DNA of 64,000 nt from positions 1,216,001-1,280,000 of the forward strand of contig CAXXLL010000002.1 in assembly GCA_963662545.2 (NCBI GenBank), written 5' to 3'. Shown here one piece after another: positions 1 to 9,604 of this stretch; positions within the stretch are counted from its first letter, which is position 1; every line of letters begins with the position of its first letter. The notes under the pieces are model-generated. The model saw nothing but the letters and a program-made list of their open reading frames with translations, had not been told where the DNA came from and did not search any database. The stretch is from Gammaproteobacteria bacterium (GTDB taxonomy: Bacteria; Pseudomonadota; Gammaproteobacteria; Ga0077536). Made by a program: the position numbers and the translations under genes.

Positions 1-906
1 TTCGGGCGCGAGCAACACATGGAGCACGACGCGCGCTACGGTCGCGCGCGCGAGTTCTACGATGTCGTTACGGGCTTGTGGGACAGTTGGGCGGACGATG
101 CTTTCATCCGCGACGTCGATTCGGGCGTCTACTTCGACCCGGACAAGATGCACGTGCTCGATCACAAGGGGCCGCACTTTTCCGTCAGGGGACCGTTGAA
201 CGTGGCCCGCCCGGTCCAGGGCTGGCCGGTGATCGTGCAGGCCGGCGCATCGGAAGCGGGTCGGCAGCTGGCGGCGGAGACGGCGGAAGTCGTCTTCTCG
301 GGTGTCAACAATCTTGAGGACGCCAAGGCCTTTTATGATGACCTTAAGCGCCGGATGGCAGCGTGCGGCCGCGACGGCGAATCGCTCAAGATCTTGCCGG
401 GCGCCTTCGTCGTGATCGGGGACACCGTGGCCGAAGCATGTCAGAAAAAGGCGCGACTCGATGGCCTGGTGCACCACGATAGCGGTCTCGCTACGCTGTC
501 CGTACTGCTCGGCACCGATGTCTCCGGCATGGATCTAGACGGCCCGCTGCCCGATATCCCGGAGAGCAACGCCAGCCGCACGGGACGTCAGAAGCTGGTT
601 GACATGGCCCGGCAGGACGACATGACGGTTCGCCAGCTCGCCCAGTACGTCGGCGGCAGTTTCAGCAGTCTCGAGATCATCGGCACACCGGAAACGATCG
701 CCGAGAAGATGGAAGAATGGCTCCATGAGCGGGGCTGTGACGGGTTCAACGTCATGTTCCCCTATCTTCCCGGTGGACTCGACGAGTTCGTCGATCAAGT
801 GGTGCCGGAGCTGCAGCGCAGGGGCCTCTTTCGGCGCGAATACGAAGGCGAAACCTTGCGCGAAAACCTCGGACTGCCGCGGCCCGGGAACCGGTTTTAT
901 CAATAG
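1..906 (+). CDS. LLM-class flavin-dependent monooxygenase (NtaA/SnaA/DszA-like), 5'-truncated by window edge
   Basis: Frame open from base 1; motifs GPLNVARPVQGWPVIVQAGAS, DGFNVMFP, VVPELQRRGLFRREYEGETLRENLGL. Confidence 0.9.
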   Translation, partial: FGREQHMEHDARYGRAREFYDVVTGLWDSWADDAFIRDVDSGVYFDPDKMHVLDHKGPHFSVRGPLNVARPVQGWPVIVQAGASEAGRQLAAETAEVVFSGVNNLEDAKAFYDDLKRRMAACGRDGESLKILPGAFVVIGDTVAEACQKKARLDGLVHHDSGLATLSVLLGTDVSGMDLDGPLPDIPESNASRTGRQKLVDMARQDDMTVRQLAQYVGGSFSSLEIIGTPETIAEKMEEWLHERGCDGFNVMFPYLPGGLDEFVDQVVPELQRRGLFRREYEGETLRENLGLPRPGNRFYQ

Positions 907-1082
907 GATGTTGTGTAAAAACTTGGACTCGTTCTTACAGATTGGCATCCTGGAATCGACCTGACTTAACGAGTGCCGTCGCATAAACACAGCACTCTGC
1001 AATCGGGCTTTACGAGATGCGGGTCCGCTATACCGCCGTAAGCAGCCACGCCATGCTGCACTGCACGAGTCCGGAGTCGACC

Positions 1083-1242
1083 CAGACTGTGTGAAAACTC
1101 AATAATACGACGTCGAAAGTAAAAAATTCCCCACCAGCATAGTAGTTAAGCACCATGAAAAGGGATCAGCACATCGCATTAATACACTTCCGAGTGTCGG
1201 TTCCCCACTTTTGAAAAACGCAAATAGTTTTCACACAGTCTG
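1083..1242. mobile_element. 160-bp MITE with IS1182-like ends
   Basis: Perfect 17-bp TIR CAGACTGTGTGAAAACT (1083-1099 / 1226-1242) flanked by 4-bp direct repeat GACC (1079-1082, 1243-1246); no coding capacity; family assignment is from memory of end sequences. Confidence 0.8.
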
Positions 1243-1481
1243 GACCCACAGCGGACCTTCGCAAATATCGAACCGTGTGGGGCTTTCGGTTGTTCCTCGA
1301 CAGTAGACGGCGAATGGAAGAAAGTTTGTTAGAAGTTCAATAAACAGCTAAAACCCGTCCATGCCCGCGGTGTAAGTTACCATTGATAAAGTTCGCTTTC
1401 CGCAATTGTCATTTGACTTAATCGTTGCGGCAGTGGAACGCCAGTCAGGTTAAGAACGTGATCGAGAGAGAGGCTTGAGTT

Positions 1482-1970
1482 GTGCTGAAAAAAATCCTGT
1501 TGGGCTTGGGTGTGTTGGCAGTCGTTATCGGAGTAATTATTGGAGTTGGGTTGGGGCGATTTTTCGGTGAGGTTGATTTTGAGCCGGGGCATCCAAAAAC
1601 CAGCGGGCAGCAAATCGAGGAGGCCCTCATATATAAAGTCCTGCAAATCGACGCAGAGCGAATTAACCAACAGTTGCCGACCATGAAAAACGAATTTACG
1701 CGTCATGAGAAGGTAACGCTGGGTCCAGGGCTGCAAGGGGTTTTACACTTTACGGTTATCGGTTATTCGCCAAGTGATGGTGAACTAGCCGACGTCAGAG
1801 CCAACACTATAAAGACAGCATGTTCCGACAAAACTATCAAAGAATCCCTGCAACACGACATGAAATGGATCTATTCCTATTCGGGAGAAGACGCGGATGA
1901 AATTCTTCGTTTCGAAGTTAATCGGGATATATGCGGTTATCCAAAAGAGCTACCCATGTATGCCGATTGA
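1482..1970 (+). CDS. Hypothetical protein with N-terminal membrane anchor
   Basis: 162-aa ORF; MLKK followed by a hydrophobic stretch; visibly lower GC than flanks. Confidence 0.7.
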   Translation: MLKKILLGLGVLAVVIGVIIGVGLGRFFGEVDFEPGHPKTSGQQIEEALIYKVLQIDAERINQQLPTMKNEFTRHEKVTLGPGLQGVLHFTVIGYSPSDGELADVRANTIKTACSDKTIKESLQHDMKWIYSYSGEDADEILRFEVNRDICGYPKELPMYAD

Positions 1971-2235
1971 CAATCATCCGCGCCGGATGCGGTTACTAAT
2001 TTGCGTCAGATTATGGCGTTCTACGCGACCAGGAAGGGTCCGCTTGTGGCTGATTGCTGCCGAAATCGTCACCTCAAAGTTTGGCCGGAATACCTTCGAT
2101 AGCGGACATCAAATCATGTGGCGGAACTGTCCGAGCAAGTCTGAACTCCGCTTATAGTCTGTCAGATCGAGTCTGAGTTTTTAAAGATTTGGCGACGGGG
2201 ACGCTGGACCGCATCGGGTCGCGCGCATGCGGGCT

Positions 2236-2410
2236 TCTGATCAATCACTCCGTGCCTGCCATCCATGGCGGTACCTCAACCGATTATTGGTACATGCCAT
2301 CCCTGGCGGAACTCAAGTGCCTTCGTTTGGCCCCAGCCCGGCCATCCGTGGCCGGGCGCTCACCGGGAGAAAGCCACGTTAAGTGGCTTTCTCTTTTTCC
2401 GGCTCGCCTA
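2236..2410 (+). repeat. Dispersed structured intergenic repeat, copy A
   Basis: Two TGCCATCC(A/C)TGGCG motifs and palindromes GCCCGGCCATCCGTGGCCGGGC and AGAAAGCCACGTTAAGTGGCTTTCT; similar to 59387-59572 (-) and 63152-63396 (+). Confidence 0.8.
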
Positions 2411-2511
2411 CTTGCGGGCGAATTGACTAACTCAGCGCAAAAGAAAAGGCGCCGCGATCGTTCACGTATCACCACAATCTCATATAATCTGCCGGCGCAC
2501 TCGGAGAATAA

Positions 2512-2991
2512 TTAAAGCAAGGCATTAAGCTGCGCCTCGATCTCCTCGGGCGTCGTGCGCGGTTCGAAGCGTTTGACGACTTCACCTTTGGCGTTGACCA
2601 GGAACTTGGTGAAATTCCAGGTCACCTTGGTGCTGCCGTCGTCGTTGGGCTGGGCCGCCTTCAGGATCTCGTACAGTTCGCAGGCGCCGTCGCCGTTCAC
2701 CTCAATCTTGGAGAACATGGGGAAGTTGACATCGTACTTCGATGTCGCGAATTCCGAGATCTCCTCGTTCGTTCCCGGTTCCTGTGCGCCGAACTGATTG
2801 CAGGGGAAGCCTAAGACCGAGAAATTTTTGCCGCTGTTATTCTCATGTAGGGTACGCAGACCTGCGTACTGAGGTGTCATGCCTCATTGGCTAGCGAGAT
2901 TCACGATCAACAGCGCTTGATCCCGGTATCCCGACAAAGCGACGGGTTCGCCTGTAATCGAGTCCATGCTCAGGTCATAGATATCCGCCAT
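2512..2991 (-). CDS. Glutathione peroxidase, selenocysteine-containing (Sec36, UGA at 2884-2886)
   Basis: ORFs 2884-3111 and 2512-2880 join in frame: LIVNLASQ-U-GMTPQY, LGFPCNQFGAQEPG, WNFTKFLV; RBS AAGGAG before ATG 2991; 159 aa. Confidence 0.93.
2852..2869 (-). promoter_or_regulatory. Bacterial SECIS-like hairpin of the GPx gene
   Basis: mRNA GUACGCA-GGUC-UGCGUAC just downstream of the UGA; apical GCAGGUCUGC matches the E. coli fdhF SECIS tip. Confidence 0.8.
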
Positions 2992-3216
2992 GGGGTTCTC
3001 CTTTTCGATCAGTTCCGATGTATCGTGAGTAGCCATTTTACTTCGCCGGAGAGGGTCCGCCACAGCCCATTTTTGGCACCTTGCCGGACCGGGCATTCCT
3101 TGCCAGGGCAATTCCGTCTATTCTGCGGCTAACCAACTTCGGAAAGCGACAGGGAATCGTTTTTCGGTAGCCTGCTAACCAGGCAGTCGTCGCATGACTT
3201 GAAGAGGACTGAACCA

Positions 3217-4098
3217 ATGACCGTGGAGTACATCGCTTCGATCTCCGAACGCTATCAACAGCTCGGGTATGATCCGTATCGCTGGTTCAAGGCCGAAGAT
3301 CTCTCGGCCTTCACGCCGCTGGAAAAGCCCTTGTCGGCATCGCGACTCGGAGTCCTGACCACATCCGGGGCCTATGTCGTCGGTCAGGTCGCGTTCTATT
3401 ACAAGGACGACACCTCCATCCGTTCGATCCCCAAGGATACGCCGATCGATCGAATCCACTTCTCGCACATCACTGAGAATTACCTGACGGATCCACGCAA
3501 GGATCCGAATTGCATCCTGCCAATCGAAGCGTTGCGGGAAGCGGAGGAGAATGGCCGCATCGGCGAACTCGGACCGGAAATCTTCTCCTGCATGGGCGGG
3601 GTCTATTCCCAGCGTCGCGTGCGGGAAGAAATGATCCCGGATTTAGAGGCGCGGTTTAAGGCGCAGGCAGTCGACGCCGTGCTCCTTGTCCCGATGTGAC
3701 CCGTCTGCCATCAGACCGTGAGTCTGATAGCCCGGCACCTCGAAGCACACGGCACGCCGACCCTGTGCATGGCGAGTGCGCTCGACATCATCGAAGCGGG
3801 ACGTCCGCCGCGCGCGGTGTTCCTGGACTACCCGCTTGGGCATACCGCGGGGCGGCCCTTCGATCGCGATGATCAACGCGCCATCCTGGGCGATGCACTG
3901 AACGCGTTTGAAGCGATTGAAACACCCGCTACGATAGAACGGCTGGAATATCGCTGGTCGGATTCCGACGATTGGGAGCAACAAGATGCGGACGCGAGTA
4001 CGGGCGATTCTCGCGCGCCACGCGGCATGGAGCCACAGTACCAAACGGAGGCGGATCGCACCGCGGCCGAGACCACGCAAGCATCGATGAGGCCATAA
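3217..4098 (+). CDS. GrdB/PrdB-related (glycine/proline reductase selenoprotein B-like) selenoprotein (Sec161, UGA at 3697-3699)
   Basis: ORFs 3199-3699 and 3718-4098 join in frame: VDAVLLVPM-U-PVCHQTVSLIARHLEAHGTPT (UxxC); FTPLEKPLSASRLGVLTTSG, DPNCILPI, PPRAVFLDYPLGH; RBS GAGGA; 293 aa. Confidence 0.9.
3710..3728 (+). promoter_or_regulatory. SECIS-like hairpin of the GrdB-like gene
   Basis: AUCAGAC-CGUGA-GUCUGAU, 7-bp stem starting 11 nt after the UGA, G-containing loop. Confidence 0.7.
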
Positions 4099-4137
4099 GC
4101 CGATCGAGCGTTTCGGTTCGCCCGCCAGCGGGCGAAA

Positions 4138-5436
4138 TCAAGCGGCCGCGCGTACCGGCAGCTTGGAATACCCAGACACGTGCGTGTTCGCGATCCGGCT
4201 ACTTTCCCCGGCCAGTTCGAACTCAGGCAGGAACGGAATGAGCGCTTTCATCATGGACGTGAGTTCGGCCCGTGCCAGGTTGGTACCGATGCAGAAATGC
4301 GCACCGTACCCGAAGGTCAGGTATTCATTCGGCGTGCGTTCGATATCGAAGCGGTAGGGATTCTCGAAGACTGTATCGTCGCGGTTGGCGGACGGGTAGA
4401 ACATGCAGACGGTCTCGCCTTCGCGAATCTTCGTACCGCTCAGATCGAAATCCCGAGTCGCTGTTCTGAGGAAGCTGATCACTGGGGTCGTCCATCTGAG
4501 TACCTCGTCCGTCGTCGTCGGGAGGAGATCGGGATTTTCAACCAGGCGGTCGCGCTGTTCGGGGTGTTCCAGTAGCGCTGCGAAGCCGCCTGCGGTCGCG
4601 TTGCGCGTCGTGTCATTGCCGGCACCGATCAGCACGAACAGATAGCCGATCAACTGCTGGTCGTTCATGGGCTGGCCCTGTACCTGGGCGTCGACCAAAC
4701 GATTCACGAAGGACGAAGGTCCGCCGCCCGGCACCCGGTGCTCGTGGATCAGGTCTTCCAGGTAGCCACGGAACTCGTTCATGTTGCGCCTTGCGGCTTG
4801 CATCGTCGTCTCGCCCTCGAGGATGTGCTCGGGTTCGACTTCACCGATGATCGCGTTGGACCAGATCAGGAGCCGGCGCCAGTCATCCGGTGGCAGTTCC
4901 ATGATCTCGCCGACCGCGGCGAGCGGTAGCTTGCACGCAAACTCCTTCACGAAATCACAGGTCTCACCGCGTGCTGTCGCCACCTTTACGGATGCGGAAA
5001 ATTCGGCGGCGAAGCCCTCGGCGAGTTCGTCGAAATGTTTCGCCATCCCGCGCATGCAGCCCTGCGTAAAGGCCCAGCTCGACGCTTTGCGCACGTGGCG
5101 ATGGCGCGGGTTGTCCATGAAAACCAGGTCCGGGGGCTCATCGGGATCCCATCCCCGCGAGGTACCGAAATCGTCGAGGCCCTCGCGCAATATTTCCACT
5201 TCTCCCATGAGGGTTAGGCGCAGCCGCGGCCCGCCGTTGATAAATACATCGGGATGCCCCGAGATGGTCATCACGTCGGCGTAGCGGGTAACCGCCCAGA
5301 ACGGTTCTATGTCGTCGCGCTCGTACCAGAAGATCGGGGCTTCGCGGCGCAGCAGATCCCATTCTTCCCACGGAAATCCTTGTGCCGCATAACGTTGGGG
5401 AGTATGGATATCGATGGTTGCTAGGGACAGAGTCAT
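4138..5436 (-). CDS. Cytochrome P450
   Basis: I-helix AGNDTT, EVLR, heme motif FGYGAHFCIG. Confidence 0.95.
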   Translation of the reverse strand: MTLSLATIDIHTPQRYAAQGFPWEEWDLLRREAPIFWYERDDIEPFWAVTRYADVMTISGHPDVFINGGPRLRLTLMGEVEILREGLDDFGTSRGWDPDEPPDLVFMDNPRHRHVRKASSWAFTQGCMRGMAKHFDELAEGFAAEFSASVKVATARGETCDFVKEFACKLPLAAVGEIMELPPDDWRRLLIWSNAIIGEVEPEHILEGETTMQAARRNMNEFRGYLEDLIHEHRVPGGGPSSFVNRLVDAQVQGQPMNDQQLIGYLFVLIGAGNDTTRNATAGGFAALLEHPEQRDRLVENPDLLPTTTDEVLRWTTPVISFLRTATRDFDLSGTKIREGETVCMFYPSANRDDTVFENPYRFDIERTPNEYLTFGYGAHFCIGTNLARAELTSMMKALIPFLPEFELAGESSRIANTHVSGYSKLPVRAAA

Positions 5437-5775
5437 GGGATCGATGCCTCTTCTTGATGGCCGGAACGACCAGCTTGCGGAGATCCAATATTCGCATCAT
5501 TCCATACAGATCGGTACCACGCCTAAAGGGCTCCTTCGGGCCAAGATGCGTCAATCAAGCCATGCGAATGCTTCTCATTAAAAAAACGTTTCCGCTGAAA
5601 CATAATGTACTGGCCAGCACCGAACGGTCGGACTCGTGCCCCGGGAACGAATCCTAATGCGCCATTTGACTCATAGAGCGGCCCGATTTATTGTCCACGC
5701 CGCAAAAGCGTATGGGCAGGCTCTATTCACACGGATGCCTCGGCCCCTGAGCCTCAATCAACGAAAAGGTAAATC

Positions 5776-7596
5776 GTGGCTACGAGCATCAATGAATTAA
5801 TGGACCCCTCCCGTCTGGATTTTGATCCGGACGCTTTGCGCGCGAAATATCGCGAGGAACGCGATAAGCGCGTTCGTGCAGATGGTAACGAGCAATACTA
5901 TGAAGTTGTCGGTGACTTCTCCCGGTATGTAGACGATCCTTACGTGGACCGGGGTTTTGCGCGAGAACCTATCACCGACGATATTGAAGTCGCCATCATC
6001 GGCGGCGGTTTCGGTGGTCTGCTGGCTGGCGCGCGTCTGCGCGAGGCCGGGGTCGAAGACCTGCGGATCATCGAGAAAGGCGGCGATTTCGGTGGTACCT
6101 GGTATTGGAATCGCTACCCGGGCGCGATGTGCGACATCGAGTCCTATATCTACTTTCCCCTGTTAGATGAACTCAATTACGTACCGACGGAAAAATACGC
6201 GCATGCCCCCGAGATCCTGGCCTACGCCCGACGGATCGCCGAACACTATGATCTTTACACCAAGGCCTGTCTGCAGACCGAAGTGACCGATATGCGCTGG
6301 GACGACAGCATCCGGCGCTGGATACTCTCGACCAACCGCGGCGATCGGATCCAGGCTCGTTTCGTGGCGATGTCAAATGGCCCGCTCAACCGGCCGAAGC
6401 TACCGGGTATTCCCGGCATCGAGTCCTTCGAAGGCCATACTTTTCACACCAGTCGCTGGGATTACGCCTACACCGGGGGAGATACGAACGGAAACCTGGC
6501 CGGTCTAGATGGCAAACGGGTTGGCATCATCGGCACCGGCGCAACGGCCATCCAATGCCTGCCGCATCTGGGGCTTGCTGCCGACCATCTGTACGTCTTC
6601 CAGCGCACACCCTCATCCATCGATGTGCGCGATAACCGTCCCACCGATCCGGCCTGGGCAGCCGGTCTCGAACCCGGCTGGCAGCAAGAGCGCATGGACA
6701 ATTTCAACATCCTTATCAGCGGTGGCTACCAGGACGAAGACATGGTCGGCGATGGTTGGACCGAAATCTTCCGTAATCTCGGTGGTTTCGTGCCGCCGGC
6801 GGGTTTCGAAACACTGTCGCCGCGAGAGATGGCCGCTGCCGTTGAAATGCTCGACTTCCAGAAGATGGAAAAGGTTCGCTCGCGCGTCGATTCCATCGTC
6901 AAAGATGCGGTGACAGCGGAGGCCCTCAAACCGTATTACCGCCAGTTCTGCAAACGCCCGTGTTTTCACGATGAGTATCTCGACACCTACAACCTCTCCA
7001 ACGTCAAGCTCGTCGATACGCAGGGCCAGGGCGTCGAGCGGATCACGCAGAATGGAGTCGTCGTCGATGGAAAAGAGTACGAAATCGACTGTCTGATCTT
7101 TGCAACCGGCTTTGAGGTCGGCACCGCCTACACGCGCCGTGCGGGCTATGACATCGTTGGGCGCGACGGCTTGAAGTTGAGTGAGAAGTGGGCTGATGGG
7201 AAGTCGACCTTTCATGGTCTTCACAGCCACGGCTTTCCTAATTGTTATTTCATGGGACTCGTACAAAGCGTATTGATCCCGAATTTTCCCCATCTGCTGA
7301 ACGAGCAAAGCAAACACATTGCGTACGTGATCAAACACGCACGTGAGCACGACATCACGGTTGTCGAAGCGGAGATGGAAGCGGAAGCGGAATGGGTCGA
7401 CACCATCAGACGGCTCGCACGCCTTGGCGAGCGCTTCTTCGCAGAATGCACGCCCGGCTACTACAACAACGAAGGAAATCCCGATCCGCGTCACGGATTC
7501 TTATCCGACGCATACGGTGGCGGCCCAGTCGAATTCTTCCAGATCTTGAAAACCTGGCGTGACGAAAATACCCTGCAAGGGCTCAGGATGAATTGA
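5776..7596 (+). CDS. Baeyer-Villiger-type flavin monooxygenase
   Basis: GGGFGG, GGTWYWNRYPG, FEGHTFHTSRWD fingerprint, second GTGATA. Confidence 0.93.
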   Translation: MATSINELMDPSRLDFDPDALRAKYREERDKRVRADGNEQYYEVVGDFSRYVDDPYVDRGFAREPITDDIEVAIIGGGFGGLLAGARLREAGVEDLRIIEKGGDFGGTWYWNRYPGAMCDIESYIYFPLLDELNYVPTEKYAHAPEILAYARRIAEHYDLYTKACLQTEVTDMRWDDSIRRWILSTNRGDRIQARFVAMSNGPLNRPKLPGIPGIESFEGHTFHTSRWDYAYTGGDTNGNLAGLDGKRVGIIGTGATAIQCLPHLGLAADHLYVFQRTPSSIDVRDNRPTDPAWAAGLEPGWQQERMDNFNILISGGYQDEDMVGDGWTEIFRNLGGFVPPAGFETLSPREMAAAVEMLDFQKMEKVRSRVDSIVKDAVTAEALKPYYRQFCKRPCFHDEYLDTYNLSNVKLVDTQGQGVERITQNGVVVDGKEYEIDCLIFATGFEVGTAYTRRAGYDIVGRDGLKLSEKWADGKSTFHGLHSHGFPNCYFMGLVQSVLIPNFPHLLNEQSKHIAYVIKHAREHDITVVEAEMEAEAEWVDTIRRLARLGERFFAECTPGYYNNEGNPDPRHGFLSDAYGGGPVEFFQILKTWRDENTLQGLRMN

Positions 7597-7658
7597 CGGG
7601 CTTCAGCACGGACTCGATGCCCTTCTGAATATCATGCGGGTAGGGCAGGGCGGCGGTT

Positions 7659-8129
7659 CTAATTGACGATTTCGTCGGCACCGTTCGGGTGATCGAGAAC
7701 GTATAACCACGAACCGTCCGGCTGCCTCTCCATGACCTCGATACCGCTGCCTTTGATTTCAAGCGGGCTGCCGTCTTCTGATTTTCCGGTGACGCGCCAG
7801 ATCGAACGCAGTAGTGCATGATGTTTCGACTTGAGCTCGAAGGCCGTCTCCACGGTGATTTCGTCCGAGGTCTCCATTAACTCTGCAAAGTTTTCACAGA
7901 TCGCCTTCCTGCCAACCAGAGGCGGCTTGTCCTCGTTATAAACGACGGCGTCGTCCGCATAGAGCGCGCAGAGTTGTTCGATGTTCTTGTCATTAAATGC
8001 GACGACGAACAATTCGTGTCCCATCGCCGGAGTCATGGTCTTGATCGGAGGCGGTGCTGGATCTTCCGCTGCGAGTGCCGTGTGACTTGTCACCATGATT
8101 GACAGTAATAATAAGGTCCTTCTTAGCAT
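7659..8129 (-). CDS. Secreted NTF2/SnoaL-like (DUF4440-type) protein
   Basis: Signal peptide; LYADDAVV; EVMERQPDGSWLYVLDHP. Confidence 0.8.
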   Translation of the reverse strand: MLRRTLLLLSIMVTSHTALAAEDPAPPPIKTMTPAMGHELFVVAFNDKNIEQLCALYADDAVVYNEDKPPLVGRKAICENFAELMETSDEITVETAFELKSKHHALLRSIWRVTGKSEDGSPLEIKGSGIEVMERQPDGSWLYVLDHPNGADEIVN

Positions 8130-8520
8130 GTCAGGTGCCCTCTCTTTCTAAATATCAACAAAAACCCGCCGATCGAGCGCGATCGACTGACAGTGCACAT
8201 ACTGTGGATGTTATATCAAGGCCTTCTATTTGAGATAGGGTCAAACACGTCCGACCCAGGTTCCGTTTGCCGAGCTCGCCATTCGCCGCCTTAAACCTTA
8301 GTCTGTGTTGGTCCTATCGTTTTGTACATTGCCGGAATGCCGCGGGCACGACGTGTGTTGGGAACATTAAGCAGGTTTTGGACTGGCAGCTAAAAGAGCA
8401 GCGGCTACCCGAGTAATGCGGTGGGACGGGGCGAAAGCGCCGGGCTAAGCCCGTGCAAGGATCGAATCCTAGCGCACCATCCGAAATATTCATCCAGCGC
8501 AACGAACAGGAGGATCAACA

Positions 8521-8970
8521 ATGAAAAAACAAGCGCTCAATCCCGACAACGTGTGGAAGCCGGAAGATTATTTCAATCTCTATCACTCGCGAGAACTACC
8601 GCGGGTCCCTCCCGAAAAATCCGGCTGGGAGCAGTCCGTCACATATGGCAACTGGTTATTCATCTCGGGTCAGACGCCGACGACCCCGGAAGGCAAGACA
8701 GTCGCGACCGACATGCATGCGCAAGTGCGCCAGGCTTTGGAAAACACGAAGAACATCGTGGAAGCGGCGGGCGGAACGACCGACGACATCGTTCAGATTC
8801 GCTATTATTTCAAGGCCGGCTACATGGAAGAGGGCCTGGCCGCCCTGCGTGATTTCGGCGGCGAATACTTCAACAGCCCGTTCCCATCGACGACCTGCGT
8901 GGAGGTCGTGCGGGTCGCGTGGCCCGATCACCACCTCGAAATCGAGGGGGTCGCCATCATCGGCGACTGA
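8521..8970 (+). CDS. RidA/YjgF family protein
   Basis: LFISGQ, QVRQALEN, PSTTCVEV, LEIEGVA; RBS AGGAGG. Confidence 0.85.
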   Translation: MKKQALNPDNVWKPEDYFNLYHSRELPRVPPEKSGWEQSVTYGNWLFISGQTPTTPEGKTVATDMHAQVRQALENTKNIVEAAGGTTDDIVQIRYYFKAGYMEEGLAALRDFGGEYFNSPFPSTTCVEVVRVAWPDHHLEIEGVAIIGD

Positions 8971-9061
8971 ATCGGAACAACTATTGGGTGACCGGCCGCG
9001 CACTGCGGTCTAAATTACCGGGAAACCATGACGGCGCATCGCTGAGCCGGGAGGGCGGAGC

Positions 9062-9595
9062 ATGAAAGTGAAAACAGTGAGACGGTTGGTGACGGGTCAC
9101 GACGAGAACGGCAAGTCCAGGATCATCATGGACGGTCCGGCGGAAAGCGTCCTCGTCATGGAGAAGATGGGGGATCTGACGGTGACCGATTTTTGGGAAA
9201 CCACTGACGCGCCGGCGGGAAACACCGGAGATGAGGACAATGCCGACCGTCCCATTCACCTAGAACCCACACCCACCGGGACGATCTACCGCATCGTTGA
9301 TTTTCCGCCCGATTCGGCCTGGAAAGACGGCGTCGATGGAGCCGAAGCCTTTGCCCAGCTGCAGGCCGCGCACGCGGCTGACCGCGATGCGGCGGATCCG
9401 GCCATGCACAAAACTGCTACGGTCGATTACGCCATGGTGCTAGCCGGCGAAATCTGGGCCGTCATGGACACCGAGGAACGCCTCATGAAAGCAGGCGATG
9501 TGCTCATCCAGCGCGGCACCAATCACGCCTGGGCCAACAAGACCGACGAGTTCTGCCGCATGATGTTCGTGCTCTGCGGCGCTAAGCCCGTTTAG
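9062..9595 (+). CDS. Cupin domain protein
   Basis: RRLVTGHDENGKS, MHKTATVDY, GDVLIQRGTNHAWAN. Confidence 0.88.
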   Translation: MKVKTVRRLVTGHDENGKSRIIMDGPAESVLVMEKMGDLTVTDFWETTDAPAGNTGDEDNADRPIHLEPTPTGTIYRIVDFPPDSAWKDGVDGAEAFAQLQAAHAADRDAADPAMHKTATVDYAMVLAGEIWAVMDTEERLMKAGDVLIQRGTNHAWANKTDEFCRMMFVLCGAKPV

Positions 9596-9604
9596 ATAAA
9601 CGAA

